The notes: generated by a model from the letters alone, not told the origin. Shown: positions 18,612 to 28,151, counted from the first letter of the stretch. The stretch: DNA of 64,000 nucleotides from Gemmatimonadaceae bacterium (GCA_035277485.1 DATEKK010000226.1:28740-92739); one strand, 5' to 3'. Numbers and translations are program-made.

Positions 18612-20993
18612 ATGCGCCCCCGCCCTCGCATCCGTCCGCACCCGCTTGTGACGCTCGTCCTCGTGGCCGCCGCCGCGTTCTCGCCGGCTCCGTTAGGCGC
18701 ACAGGATTCGTCCACCTTCGCGCTCACCATCCCGAGCATCATGCGCGGCGACGAAGTCGTCGGCCGGATGCCCGAGCGCATCCGATGGTCGCCCGACAGC
18801 CGCTGGATCTACTTCTACTGGCTGCCGCCCGGCAGCGATTGGCGCGACCCGCTCGCGCCGTACCGCGTCCGCGCCCAGGCCGGGGCCAAGCCCGAGCGCC
18901 TAACGGACGCGCAGATGGACAGCTTGGGCCCCATCGTCGAGCCCGGCAGCCTGTCGCACGATGGCCGCCTGCGCGCCGTCGCCTACCAGGGCGACATCTA
19001 CGTCATCGATCTCAAGACGCAGACGGCTCGGCGCCTCACCAACACGCAGGCGCGCGAAGCCGACCCGCAATTCGGCGTCGGCGATGATCTCGTCTACTTC
19101 ACGCGCGACGACAACGTGTTCGCGGCCGATCTGCGTTCCGGGCTCGTCCAACAGCTCACCGACGTGCGCCCCGGCTCCGCGCCCAAGGAAGACTCGGCCA
19201 ACACGCCCATGCAGAAGGCGCTCGAGGGCGACCAGAAGCGCCTCTTTCAGGTCATCCGCGACGAATATCGCGCCGACAGCATCGCGAAAGCGGAGAAAGC
19301 CCGCGCCGAGGGCATTCGCGGCAAGCCGCTCTATCTGCTCAAGGACGAGCGCGTGAGCCAGCTCGCCGTTTCGCCTAACGGAAAAGCGGTACTGCTCATC
19401 ACCCGCATCAACTCCGAGCGCTCGCGCTCCACCGAAGTGCCCAAGTGGGTCACCAAGAGCGGCTACGTCGAAGACATCAAAGGCCGCGACAAAGTGGGCG
19501 ACAGCCAGGACTCGGGCCGCGTCGCGCTCGTGAGCCTGCCATCCGGCAACGCGCGCTGGCTGCACGCGATACCCGGCGACTCAGTAGCCAACCCCGGCCT
19601 CATTCGGATGCTCGGCTGGAACGACGATGGGTCGCGCGCGCTCCTCTTCACCGTCCGGTCCGACTACAAGGAGCGCTACCTCGAGACTGTCGCCGCCGAC
19701 GGCCGCATGGACACCGTGGACGTCCTGCGCGACACGGCCTGGATCGAAGGTCCATGCTTCGGTTGTGGCGGCTGGTACGATAACGACAAGCGCCTGTGGT
19801 TCGTCTCCGAGGCCGACGGTTGGGCGCACATCTACACGGTGAACGCCGACGGCTCGGACCGTACGCAGCTCACCAAGGGCAAATGGGAAGTGCTCGACGC
19901 GGACCTCTCGCCCGACAAGAAGTGGTTCTGGATGCATACGAGCGAGCCGTCGCCGTACGAGCGCCAGTTCTATCGCATGGCCGTCACCGGCGGCGCACGC
20001 GAGCGCATCACGGAAACCAAAGGCGGGCACGACGTCACCGTTTCGCCTAACGGTCAGGTGCTGGCCGACGTGTACTCGACGTCCAACCGGCCGCCCGAGC
20101 TGTTCGTCGCGCCGTTCCGCTCCGGTTCGAGCATGGCACAACTCACCGTGTCGCCCACCAAGGCGTGGCTCGCGTACCACTGGGTCGACCCCCAGATCAT
20201 CCAGATCCCGGCCTCCGACGGCGTGATGGTTCCCGCGCGCATCTACCGCCCGCAGGACGTGGGCGCTCAGCCTAACGGAGCCGCCGTGATCTTCGTCCAC
20301 GGCGCCGGCTACCTGCACAACGTCGTCGACTATTGGTCCAGCTACTATCACGAGTACATGTTCAACCAGTTCCTCGCGACCAAGGGCTACGTCGTCTTGG
20401 ACGAGGACTATCGCGGCTCCGCCGGCTACGGGCGCGATTGGCGCGTCGCCGTCTACCGGCACATGGGCGGACGCGATCTCCAGGATGAAGTCGATGCCTC
20501 CCGCTACCTCGGCAGCAAGTTCGGCATCCCGCCCGAGCGCGTCGGCATCTACGGCGGGAGCTACGGCGGCTTCATGACCCTCATGGCCATGTTCACCGAA
20601 CCGAAGCACTTCGGCGCCGGCGCGGCACTCCGCGCGGTCACCGACTGGGCGCACTACAACCACTGGTACACGTCGCGGATTCTCAACCTGCCCGACAAGG
20701 ACACGGTCGCGTACCACCAGTCGTCGCCGATTTACTTCGCCCAGGGCCTCGAGGGACCGCTGCTCATGTGCCACGGCATGGTCGACACGAACGTCGAGTT
20801 CGAGGACATCGTTCGCCTAACGGAACGCCTCATCGAGCTCGGCAAGACCAACTGGCAGCTCGCGCCGTATCCGGTGGAGAATCACGGGTTCGTGCGGCCC
20901 TCGTCGTGGACCGACGAGTACTCGCGCATCTTCGCGCTGTTCGAGCGGACGATCGGCCACAGCAGTGCGGCCGTTACATCGGGGGCGAAATGA
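18612..20993 (+). CDS. S9 family serine peptidase with N-terminal beta-propeller (secreted)
   Basis: Signal peptide LVLVAAAAFSPAPLGAQ. C-terminal hydrolase with GGSYGGFM (GxSxGG) and HGMVDTNV. Confidence 0.85.
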   Translation: MRPRPRIRPHPLVTLVLVAAAAFSPAPLGAQDSSTFALTIPSIMRGDEVVGRMPERIRWSPDSRWIYFYWLPPGSDWRDPLAPYRVRAQAGAKPERLTDAQMDSLGPIVEPGSLSHDGRLRAVAYQGDIYVIDLKTQTARRLTNTQAREADPQFGVGDDLVYFTRDDNVFAADLRSGLVQQLTDVRPGSAPKEDSANTPMQKALEGDQKRLFQVIRDEYRADSIAKAEKARAEGIRGKPLYLLKDERVSQLAVSPNGKAVLLITRINSERSRSTEVPKWVTKSGYVEDIKGRDKVGDSQDSGRVALVSLPSGNARWLHAIPGDSVANPGLIRMLGWNDDGSRALLFTVRSDYKERYLETVAADGRMDTVDVLRDTAWIEGPCFGCGGWYDNDKRLWFVSEADGWAHIYTVNADGSDRTQLTKGKWEVLDADLSPDKKWFWMHTSEPSPYERQFYRMAVTGGARERITETKGGHDVTVSPNGQVLADVYSTSNRPPELFVAPFRSGSSMAQLTVSPTKAWLAYHWVDPQIIQIPASDGVMVPARIYRPQDVGAQPNGAAVIFVHGAGYLHNVVDYWSSYYHEYMFNQFLATKGYVVLDEDYRGSAGYGRDWRVAVYRHMGGRDLQDEVDASRYLGSKFGIPPERVGIYGGSYGGFMTLMAMFTEPKHFGAGAALRAVTDWAHYNHWYTSRILNLPDKDTVAYHQSSPIYFAQGLEGPLLMCHGMVDTNVEFEDIVRLTERLIELGKTNWQLAPYPVENHGFVRPSSWTDEYSRIFALFERTIGHSSAAVTSGAK

Positions 20994-21187
20994 TGAGCCT
21001 AACCCTCCGCGACCGTCTCGCCGCGGCCGCGCGCGTCGCGCGCACCATTGTGGGCGCGCCGGACTACGAGCGCTACCTCGCCCACATGCGGCAGCGGCAT
21101 CCCGCCCAACGGCCGCTCACGCGCGACGAATTCGCGCGCGCCCGCATGGACGATCGATACAACCGGCCCGGCGCGCGCTGCTGCTGA
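20990..21187 (+). CDS. ybdD: YbdD/YjiX family small protein (DUF466)
   Basis: 65 aa. Contains GAPDYERYLAHMRQRHP...LTRDEFARARMDDRYN and ends RCC. ATGA overlap with the peptidase stop. Confidence 0.8.
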   Translation: MMSLTLRDRLAAAARVARTIVGAPDYERYLAHMRQRHPAQRPLTRDEFARARMDDRYNRPGARCC

Positions 21188-21199
21188 TACGCAAGGAAA

Positions 21200-21451
21200 G
21201 GGAAGCGGGAAGCGCTCGCTGACGCTCGCTGGGGGAAGCGCTGCGCTGGGGGAAGCGGCGGCGACGCCGCCTGGGGGATCGGAACAACATCAGTGTCTCT
21301 GGCTGGAGAGTGCCGGTTTGCGCGGCGTCGCTCCCGGGACTCCAGTCGTGCAGACCATCGATGTTGTTCCACTCCCTCAGGCGGCGTCGCCGCCGCTTCC
21401 CCCAGCGCAGCGCTTCCCCCAGCGAGCGTCAGCGAGCGCTTCCCGCTTCCC
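21200..21451. repeat. 252-bp foldback element: 92-nt inverted arms (74+11 nt identical) around a 68-nt centre
   Basis: The left arm 21200..21291 is the reverse complement of the right arm 21360..21451, apart from 3 mismatches in a 7-nt patch. Each arm contains four GGAAGCG units and the palindrome GGCGGCGaCGCCGCC. The element sits between the convergent stops of ybdD and the beta-propeller gene. Confidence 0.9.
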
Positions 21452-21460
21452 TCGTTGTCC

Positions 21461-22555
21461 CTAGTGCGAGATGACCACGCCCCACGGCGAATCCCCCGCC
21501 GGAATCGTCTTCACGACTTTGTTCGTCGCCGCATCGATGATCGCGATGTCGTTGGACGGTCCGTTCGCCGTGTAGATCTTCGACCCGTCCGCCGTTACCG
21601 CGACGCCCCACGGACGCTTGGGGTCCGGGATCGTCGCCACCACGGAATCGTTCGCCGTCGCGATCACCTCCAACGTCGCGCCGCGCCCCGTCGTGATGTA
21701 CACGAACTTCCCGTCCGGCGAGATCGCTGACCCCATTGGCTTCGCGCCCGGCGTCGTCTTCGTGAGATCGAGCGTCTTGAGCACCTTGTGGGTCTTCACG
21801 TCGACGACCGACACGTTGCCGCCCACCTCCGCCGGCACGTAGCCCTTCGACCCGTCGGGCGCGAAGATCACCGAGCGGGGACGCTTCCCGACCTTGATCG
21901 TCGCAACCGCTTTGTTCGATGCGACGTCGATCACCGTGACGGTTCCCTTCCCCTCGCTCGTCACCCACGCCTCTTTGCCGTCCGGCGTGATCTTCACACC
22001 CTCAGGCTCTGAACCCACTTTCACCGTCGCGACCGATTTCCCGTCGGACATGTCGAGCACCGTCGCGGTGCCGGCGTCTTCGTTAGACACGTAGATGAAC
22101 TTCCCGTCCGGTGTGATGTCGAAGTTCTCGGGGTCGTGACCGCCCTGGAGACGCCGCACGCTGTCGGTCGACAGGTCCACCAAAGCAATGCCATCCTTGG
22201 ACCGGTCCGGCGGCGGCAGCTTCGACTCATCCACGCCCGGCCCGCCGATCGGCGACCCGCTCACCGCCACCACCAGCGTGTTGCCGTCCGGCGTTAGGCG
22301 CACGCCGCGCGGCCGCTGGCCGGCGTCGATCGTTTTCACGACGGAGTCTTTCGCGGCGTCGATCACCGTGATCTTGTTGCCGCGCTCGTCGGAGACGTAC
22401 ACGAGCATCGACGGCGCACTCGCCGCCGCGGGCGCCGCCGCCGTCGATTCGGCCCCCGCCGCTGGCTTCTTCTCGCCGCCCGAGCACGCCGCCACCATCA
22501 ACCCGCCCGCCACGATGCCACTGCCTAACGAAAGGCCGCGCCACGTTCCACGCAT
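21461..22555 (-). CDS. YVTN-type beta-propeller repeat lipoprotein
   Basis: ATG at 22555 precedes GLMVAACSGG (lipobox-like). About 40-residue repeats follow, such as YVSNEDAGTATVLD, VTSEGKGTVTVIDV and YTANGPSNDIAIID. Confidence 0.7.
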   Translation of the reverse strand: MRGTWRGLSLGSGIVAGGLMVAACSGGEKKPAAGAESTAAAPAAASAPSMLVYVSDERGNKITVIDAAKDSVVKTIDAGQRPRGVRLTPDGNTLVVAVSGSPIGGPGVDESKLPPPDRSKDGIALVDLSTDSVRRLQGGHDPENFDITPDGKFIYVSNEDAGTATVLDMSDGKSVATVKVGSEPEGVKITPDGKEAWVTSEGKGTVTVIDVASNKAVATIKVGKRPRSVIFAPDGSKGYVPAEVGGNVSVVDVKTHKVLKTLDLTKTTPGAKPMGSAISPDGKFVYITTGRGATLEVIATANDSVVATIPDPKRPWGVAVTADGSKIYTANGPSNDIAIIDAATNKVVKTIPAGDSPWGVVISH

Positions 22556-22613
22556 CTCGAGTCTCCTTGCTGAAGTACGGGTGCTCCCCTGGCACCCGCT
22601 CGCGCCGGTCCAG

Positions 22614-24203
22614 CTACGCGAGCCCCATTCCCCACCGGGCCAACGCCGTCGGATATCCGCCGTATCGTAGCAGCTCGCTATGGAATCGCAGCAGCGAAAA
22701 CCCGCCATCGCCGCCCCACGCGCTGCGCGCATCATCACGAAGCCGCTCGATCTCGCGCCGCCCAACGACGAAACATGACATGAGCGTCGGATGCGCCGCC
22801 ACGCGCATCACCTCCGCACGCGCCGCGGCCTCGTCCATGCCGAGCTCATCGCGCAAACGACGCTCGGCCGCCCACAGGTGCAGGGTCTTGGTGTGAACCG
22901 CCACATCGATGATCGCGCGAAGCGTTCGCCATAGGACATCGCGCGCGTGAAGCAGCCGGGCGGCCGGCGTCGCGAAGAACCCCGCGTCCGCCATCATCCC
23001 CTCGCAGTAATACGCCCACCCCTCGCGCGCCGCGTCGCTCCACAACACGCGTCGCACCACGCGATCCAATTCATTCGCGCTCACGGTGTGCTGATGATGC
23101 CCGGGAACGGCTTCGTGCACCACCACGCTCGCGATGTCCGACCTCCGATGCGCGCACGTCGCCGCCGAGTGCGGCATCGTGATGTACAGCGTGCCCGCGT
23201 GCGATGGCGCGAATGCGCCCGGTCCGTCGTACGCCGTGAACGGCACCAGCGGCTGCAAGTACGCCGGCGTAGCCCGGACGCGAACCGGCGGCGTCACCAC
23301 GTGCACCAAGCCGTGCTCGGCTGCGAACCGCCGCGCCTCGTCCATTGCGTCCGCGTAGGCGCCGAACAGCGATGCCGAAGGCGGCGCGTCGCCACTCACG
23401 CGCTCGACCACCTCGCGCCATGGCGTGCCCGGCGCAACGGCCGCGGCCGCGGCCTCGACGCCCTGCTGTGCCTCCGCATACGCGCGCTCTGCCCAACGGA
23501 GCAGTTGATCCGCGCCGTCCTGGATCATGTGTGCCGTGTGCAGCCGCCGCTCGAACACGTCGCGTCCCACGCCCACGGTGTCGCGCGCGCGCTCCTCCAT
23601 CATCGCCAGCGCATCGCCGAACCGCTCGAGCGACTCGATCGCCGCGTCGTGCGCCGATGCCACCTCCGCATCGGTGCCTAACGGACCGAGCGCCTCACGC
23701 ACCTCCTCGCGGAGCAGGGCCAGCCCGCCCGGCAGCATTGCCGCCGCCGTGCCTAACAATGGGCGTTCGGGTTGCACCAGTGCGTCGGCCGCGGCGCTCA
23801 GAAACTCCGGCAGCGCGCGCAGCCGCGACACCAGAGCCACCGCGCGCTCGCGCGCATCCACGTCATCGGCGGCCAGCCGATACAAACCGTCCAGCGCATG
23901 GCGCACGTGAAAGGTGGGATCATGGGCGAACGGGCGCTCGCGCTCGAGCCACGATTGGAGCTGCCGCGCGTCGTGCAGCACCGCCGTCTGATCGATTTCG
24001 TCGTCCAGCGTATCCGCGGACGCTTCCTCGAGCGCGCCGGTGTAGCTGCGTAAGGCGGCAATGTGCGCGCGCACCGACACGGCGTCGAACGCGCCATACA
24101 TCCCGTCGAGCTCGCGCCGGCCCGCGCGCGTCCCCTCGACGGGATCGATCCGGTATCGAAGGTCGAGATATCCCTCGAAGACCTGGGCGAGCGGTGCCGT
24201 CAC
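22614..24203 (-). CDS. DUF885 family protein (gluzincin-like, HEAVPGHH)
   Basis: GTG 24203 overlaps the upstream stop (GTGA). Contains HEAVPGHHQH and EGWAYYCE. The ORF-track start at 24881 is a shadow extension across the neighbouring gene. Confidence 0.7.
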   Translation of the reverse strand: MTAPLAQVFEGYLDLRYRIDPVEGTRAGRRELDGMYGAFDAVSVRAHIAALRSYTGALEEASADTLDDEIDQTAVLHDARQLQSWLERERPFAHDPTFHVRHALDGLYRLAADDVDARERAVALVSRLRALPEFLSAAADALVQPERPLLGTAAAMLPGGLALLREEVREALGPLGTDAEVASAHDAAIESLERFGDALAMMEERARDTVGVGRDVFERRLHTAHMIQDGADQLLRWAERAYAEAQQGVEAAAAAVAPGTPWREVVERVSGDAPPSASLFGAYADAMDEARRFAAEHGLVHVVTPPVRVRATPAYLQPLVPFTAYDGPGAFAPSHAGTLYITMPHSAATCAHRRSDIASVVVHEAVPGHHQHTVSANELDRVVRRVLWSDAAREGWAYYCEGMMADAGFFATPAARLLHARDVLWRTLRAIIDVAVHTKTLHLWAAERRLRDELGMDEAAARAEVMRVAAHPTLMSCFVVGRREIERLRDDARSAWGGDGGFSLLRFHSELLRYGGYPTALARWGMGLA

Positions 24204-25450
24204 GCCCGCGCCGGCTGGCTCCGATACCCGGCGACCAGTGCCTCGATCTCGTCGTCGCTCAACACGCGGCTCACGCGCTTGGCCGCGTCGAACACGTGCT
24301 GGCACAACCCCTGATCCGTCGCATCGTGGCCGTGCTCTTCGAGCCAGTACTTCACGTTCGACAACCCGGACACGTGCGAGATCTCGATGCGTTGGGCGAG
24401 CCCGAAGTCGCCCGCCGGCACGCCGGAATAGATGCGGTCCGCCAGCCACGCGTGTCCCTTGCGGCGCGCCTTGATGATGGCCGCCGCGTGCACGCCCGTC
24501 CCGGTGCGGAACGCGTCGTCGCCTAACACAGGATAGCTCGGGGGGATCGGCACGCCGCACGCACGCGACGCGAGGCGCGAATACTCCGGCAGGCGGCTCA
24601 GATCGTGCGGATGCGCACCCAGGAGACGGAGATTGATCAGCAACAGGTCCATCTCGGTGTTGCCCACGCGCTCGCCGATGCCTAACGCAGTGCCGTGCAC
24701 ACGGTCGGCTCCGGATTCGATCGCCGCCAGACAGTTCGCCAGGCCGAGCCCGCGGTCGCGGTGCCCGTGCCAGTCGAGCAGCACGTCCTCGCCGCTCGGC
24801 GCGATGATCTCGTCGCGCACGAAGCGCACCAACGCCCGAACGCCGTCGGGCGTCGCATGCCCAACGGTGTCCGCCAGACACACCCGCCGGGCGCCCCAGC
24901 GGATCGCGTTGCCGTACAGCGCGCGGAGCGTGTCAGGCGCCGCGCGCGTCGTGTCTTCGGTTACGAACATCACCGGCAGCCCTTCGCGCACCGCAAACGT
25001 CACCGCATCCTCGCTCGCGCGCAGCATACGGTCCAACGTCCAGTCCTCCGCGTACTGCCGAATCGGCGACGATCCGATGAACGTCGCCGCTTCGATCGGG
25101 AGTCCCGTCGCCTGCGCGATCTCGACCACGGGCTCGACATCGCTTAGCACCGTGCGCGCCGCGCAATTGGGCGACAGCGGAAGCCGCGCGCTCACCACCT
25201 CGCGCGCCAATGCCAGCGTGTCCGCGCGCGCGCGCGGTCCTGCACCGGGCAGTCCGAGATCCACAGCGTGGATGCCGAGATCCACCATCAAATGCAGCAG
25301 CGTGCGTTTGTCTTCGATCGATGGGTCGGTGACCGACGGACACTGAAGTCCATCGCGCAGCGTTTCGTCGTCCAGCTCGACGCGGCACGCACGCCAATCG
25401 AATGCAGTGTCGACCGAGTTCCAGTCGTGGATCAGCTCGCGTTCGTCCAT
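24200..25450 (-). CDS. HMGL-like (DRE-TIM) 2-isopropylmalate/homocitrate synthase family protein
   Basis: Starts MDERELIHDW. Contains LDDETLRDGLQ, WHGHRDRGLGLAN and GTALGIGERVGN. It has 416 aa and lacks the LeuA regulatory domain. Confidence 0.7.
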   Translation of the reverse strand: MDERELIHDWNSVDTAFDWRACRVELDDETLRDGLQCPSVTDPSIEDKRTLLHLMVDLGIHAVDLGLPGAGPRARADTLALAREVVSARLPLSPNCAARTVLSDVEPVVEIAQATGLPIEAATFIGSSPIRQYAEDWTLDRMLRASEDAVTFAVREGLPVMFVTEDTTRAAPDTLRALYGNAIRWGARRVCLADTVGHATPDGVRALVRFVRDEIIAPSGEDVLLDWHGHRDRGLGLANCLAAIESGADRVHGTALGIGERVGNTEMDLLLINLRLLGAHPHDLSRLPEYSRLASRACGVPIPPSYPVLGDDAFRTGTGVHAAAIIKARRKGHAWLADRIYSGVPAGDFGLAQRIEISHVSGLSNVKYWLEEHGHDATDQGLCQHVFDAAKRVSRVLSDDEIEALVAGYRSQPARA

Positions 25451-25539
25451 GGTCACCGGTGAAGGGCTCCGTCCAAGAGATCGTCGGCTGCCATGCAATA
25501 TACCCTTGCGTATCCCCGATCCCGAGATCAATTGAAGAC

Positions 25540-26769
25540 ATGCCGCGCCAGTCGCCGGTCCTCGATCTGTGGTCATCAGCGCCCGTGTCGCACGCGCGCG
25601 CCATGCTCCGCGCGCGCGATGCCGACATCGTCGCATCGCAAATCGCTGTCTCGGAGATCGAGGCGCCCACGGGCAATGAACGACGCCGCGGCGCATGGGT
25701 GGCCGAGCGATTCCGCGCGTTAGGGCTGAACGATGTGCGCATCGATGGCGCCGACAACGTGATCGGTCGGCGTGATGGTGTAGCCGACGTCGCACCGGTC
25801 GTCATCTGCGCGCACCTCGACACGGTCTTTCCGATCGGGACGCCGGTGAACGTGCGCCGCTCCGGGCCGCGCCTCGTCGGCCCCGGTATCGGCGACAACG
25901 GCCGCGGACTCGCCGCGATGCTCGCCTTGGCCGATGTGATCGACGGAACGCGCGTCCGCACACACGCGCCGGTCGATTTCGTCGCCACGGTCGGGGAAGA
26001 AGGCACCGGCGACCTGCGTGGCGCCAAGCACCTGTTCGATCACTCGTCAGGCGACGCCCGCGCTGCCATCGCCCTCGATGGCGCCGGCGATGAACGCATC
26101 GTCCACCGCGCACTCGGCTCCCGGCGTTTCCGGATCACGTTCCGCGGTCCGGGCGGCCACAGTTGGACGGCGTTCGGCGTGCCTAACGCAGTGCACGCGG
26201 CCGCGCTCGCCGCGGCCAAGCTCGCGCGGCTCCCGCGCCCCGCCTCGCCGCGCACTACGCTTTCCGTTGGACGCATCGGCGGCGGTATCGCCGTCAACGC
26301 GATTCCCGAGGAGGGCTGGCTCGAGGTCGACCTGCGCTCCACCTCGGTGCCCGTGCTCGATCGCTACGAGCGCGAGATCCACGCGGCCGCGCGCGCTGCA
26401 TCGGACGAGGAGAACGGACGCCGGGCGCGCGGCACGCCGCCGCTCACCGAATCGATCACGCGCATCGGCATGCGCCCCGGCGGCGACACCGACGCCGCCC
26501 ACCCGCTCGTCGCGTTCGCGATCGACACCACGCGCCTCATTGGCCGCGAGCCGGAGCTCGCGACCGCATCCACCGATGCGAACGTGCCGATCAGCCGCGG
26601 GATTCCCGCCATCGCGATCGGTGCCGGCGGCCGCGGGGGCGACGCGCACACGCCGGCCGAGTGGTTCGACAACACCGATGGCCACACCGGGCTCGCGCGC
26701 GCGCTCGCGATTGTGATCGGCGCCGCGGGTCTCGCCACGGGATCGCTCGCCGCGCTGCCCGTTGCCTGA
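25540..26769 (+). CDS. M20 family metallopeptidase
   Basis: Starts MPRQSPVLD. Contains VICAHLDTVF, GIGDNGRG and TVGEEGTGDLRG. Confidence 0.75.
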   Translation: MPRQSPVLDLWSSAPVSHARAMLRARDADIVASQIAVSEIEAPTGNERRRGAWVAERFRALGLNDVRIDGADNVIGRRDGVADVAPVVICAHLDTVFPIGTPVNVRRSGPRLVGPGIGDNGRGLAAMLALADVIDGTRVRTHAPVDFVATVGEEGTGDLRGAKHLFDHSSGDARAAIALDGAGDERIVHRALGSRRFRITFRGPGGHSWTAFGVPNAVHAAALAAAKLARLPRPASPRTTLSVGRIGGGIAVNAIPEEGWLEVDLRSTSVPVLDRYEREIHAAARAASDEENGRRARGTPPLTESITRIGMRPGGDTDAAHPLVAFAIDTTRLIGREPELATASTDANVPISRGIPAIAIGAGGRGGDAHTPAEWFDNTDGHTGLARALAIVIGAAGLATGSLAALPVA

Positions 26770-26790
26770 CGTCCGCCCGACGACGCGCCG

Positions 26791-27780
26791 TCAGTCGCGG
26801 TCGAGCCGGACCTCGCTGTGGTTGCCTAACGTAAGGACGCCGCGCACACCCTCCACCACCACCTCGTCGCCGAGCATCGAGTCGTGCAGGAGCGATCGCT
26901 CGACGCAGCTCTTGGACCCGATCACCGCGTCCCGGATCGTCGAGTTGGTCACGCGCGTTCCCGATCCGATCGAAACGTTAGGCCCGATGGTCGAATGCTC
27001 GAGCACCACGCCATCCTCGATGTACACGGGGTCGAAGATGCGCACGCCCGGCGCCGCTGCCGGACGCCGCGCCCGCCCGCGCTCGAGCATCGCCTTGTTC
27101 GTCTCGAGCAGCGTGTCCAGTTTCCCCGCGTCGTACCACCCCTCGACGTCGATCACCGTGATGCGCGCGCCGTGGTCGATCATGTACTGGAATGCATCCG
27201 TGAGATAGTACTCGCCATTCACCGGCGGCTGGCGCATCACGTAGTCGATGCCCTCGTACAGCAGCTTCCAGTCGCGCATGTAATAGAGCCCGATGTTCGC
27301 GCGTCGCGAAATCGGCTCGCGCGGCTTCTCCACGATGCGCGTCATGTGACCCTCGGCGTCCGTCACCACGACGCCGAAACGCTGATAGTCCTCGACTTCC
27401 TTCACCCAGATGATGCCGTCCGCGTCCGTCGTCTTGATCACCGACAGATCGGCATCGAAGATCGTGTCCACGAAAATGATGAGAATCGGCTGGTCCACGT
27501 ACGGACGCGCCAGCTCGATCGCGCTCGCCGTGCCGTTCTGCACCTCTTGCTCGATGAACACCGAGGGAAAGTCGTATTCGTTCTTCGCGAACGCCTCGAC
27601 TTTTTCCTTGAGGTGACCCGTGATGTAGATGATCTGCTCCACTCCGCCTAACCGTTCCAGATCATCCAGGATGTAGGCCATCACCGGCTTCCCCGCCACG
27701 CGCAGCATCGGCTTGGGCGTGACGTGCGTGTGAGGCCTGAGTCGCGTCCCCTTGCCCGCGAGCGGAATGATGACCTTCAT
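26791..27780 (-). CDS. sugar-phosphate nucleotidyltransferase with C-terminal left-handed beta-helix
   Basis: Starts MKVIIPLAGKGTRLRPHTHVTPKPML. The C-terminal part has hexapeptide-like repeats. Confidence 0.75.
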   Translation of the reverse strand: MKVIIPLAGKGTRLRPHTHVTPKPMLRVAGKPVMAYILDDLERLGGVEQIIYITGHLKEKVEAFAKNEYDFPSVFIEQEVQNGTASAIELARPYVDQPILIIFVDTIFDADLSVIKTTDADGIIWVKEVEDYQRFGVVVTDAEGHMTRIVEKPREPISRRANIGLYYMRDWKLLYEGIDYVMRQPPVNGEYYLTDAFQYMIDHGARITVIDVEGWYDAGKLDTLLETNKAMLERGRARRPAAAPGVRIFDPVYIEDGVVLEHSTIGPNVSIGSGTRVTNSTIRDAVIGSKSCVERSLLHDSMLGDEVVVEGVRGVLTLGNHSEVRLDRD

Positions 27781-28151
27781 GGCGCGCTCGTCCCCTCCCG
27801 TCCATAACGATCCTTGAGTCGCACGACGTCATCGAGATGCGGTGTCGATGCCTCCAACACATCGCAGTCCGTGACGGCTTCCATGTAGTGAATGGTGCCC
27901 GGTGTGATGCGGAACGCTTGCCCGGGCTCCAGGTGCATGTCCTCGAGCTCGCCGTCGCCAAGCTTCACCCAGTAGATGAGCTTGCCCGACAGCAGATACA
28001 CCGTCTCGTCCTTCACGTTGTGATACTGGACCGAGAGCGCGTGGCCGGCTTTGATGTGTAGAATCTTTCCGACGTACTCGTCGGTTCGCGCCCAGATGAT
28101 TTCGTGTCCCCACGGTTTGGGGACCATGGTCACCGCTGCCGGTCCGGACAT
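27777..28151 (-). CDS. cupin domain protein (mannose-6-phosphate isomerase type II-like)
   Basis: 124 aa. Contains KPWGHEIIWA, LSVQYHNVKDE and PGTIHYMEA. ATGA overlap with the downstream nucleotidyltransferase gene. Confidence 0.6.
   Translation of the reverse strand: MSGPAAVTMVPKPWGHEIIWARTDEYVGKILHIKAGHALSVQYHNVKDETVYLLSGKLIYWVKLGDGELEDMHLEPGQAFRITPGTIHYMEAVTDCDVLEASTPHLDDVVRLKDRYGREGTSAP

Noticed and set aside
20990-21187. The historical 'putative selenoprotein' label of YbdD-type genes.
   Set aside because: There is no in-frame TGA, and no SECIS-like hairpin is needed. The ORF is complete with ordinary codons.
21048-21464. ORFs 21048..21464 (+) and 21073..21372 (-) sharing the peptide IPQAASPPLPPAQRFPQRASASASRFP.
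   Set aside because: The shared peptide is a direct consequence of translating the two arms of the inverted repeat. There is no coding evidence.
22614-24881. Over-extended N-termini in the ORF track. Examples: 22614..24881, 24200..25795, 55347..58019, 29927..31357, 43782..45152, 51948..53006, 45023..47377.
   Set aside because: The extensions overlap the upstream gene in another frame and are Arg-rich. A conserved N-terminus follows a start codon that abuts or overlaps the upstream stop. The track uses the longest ATG/GTG/TTG ORF.
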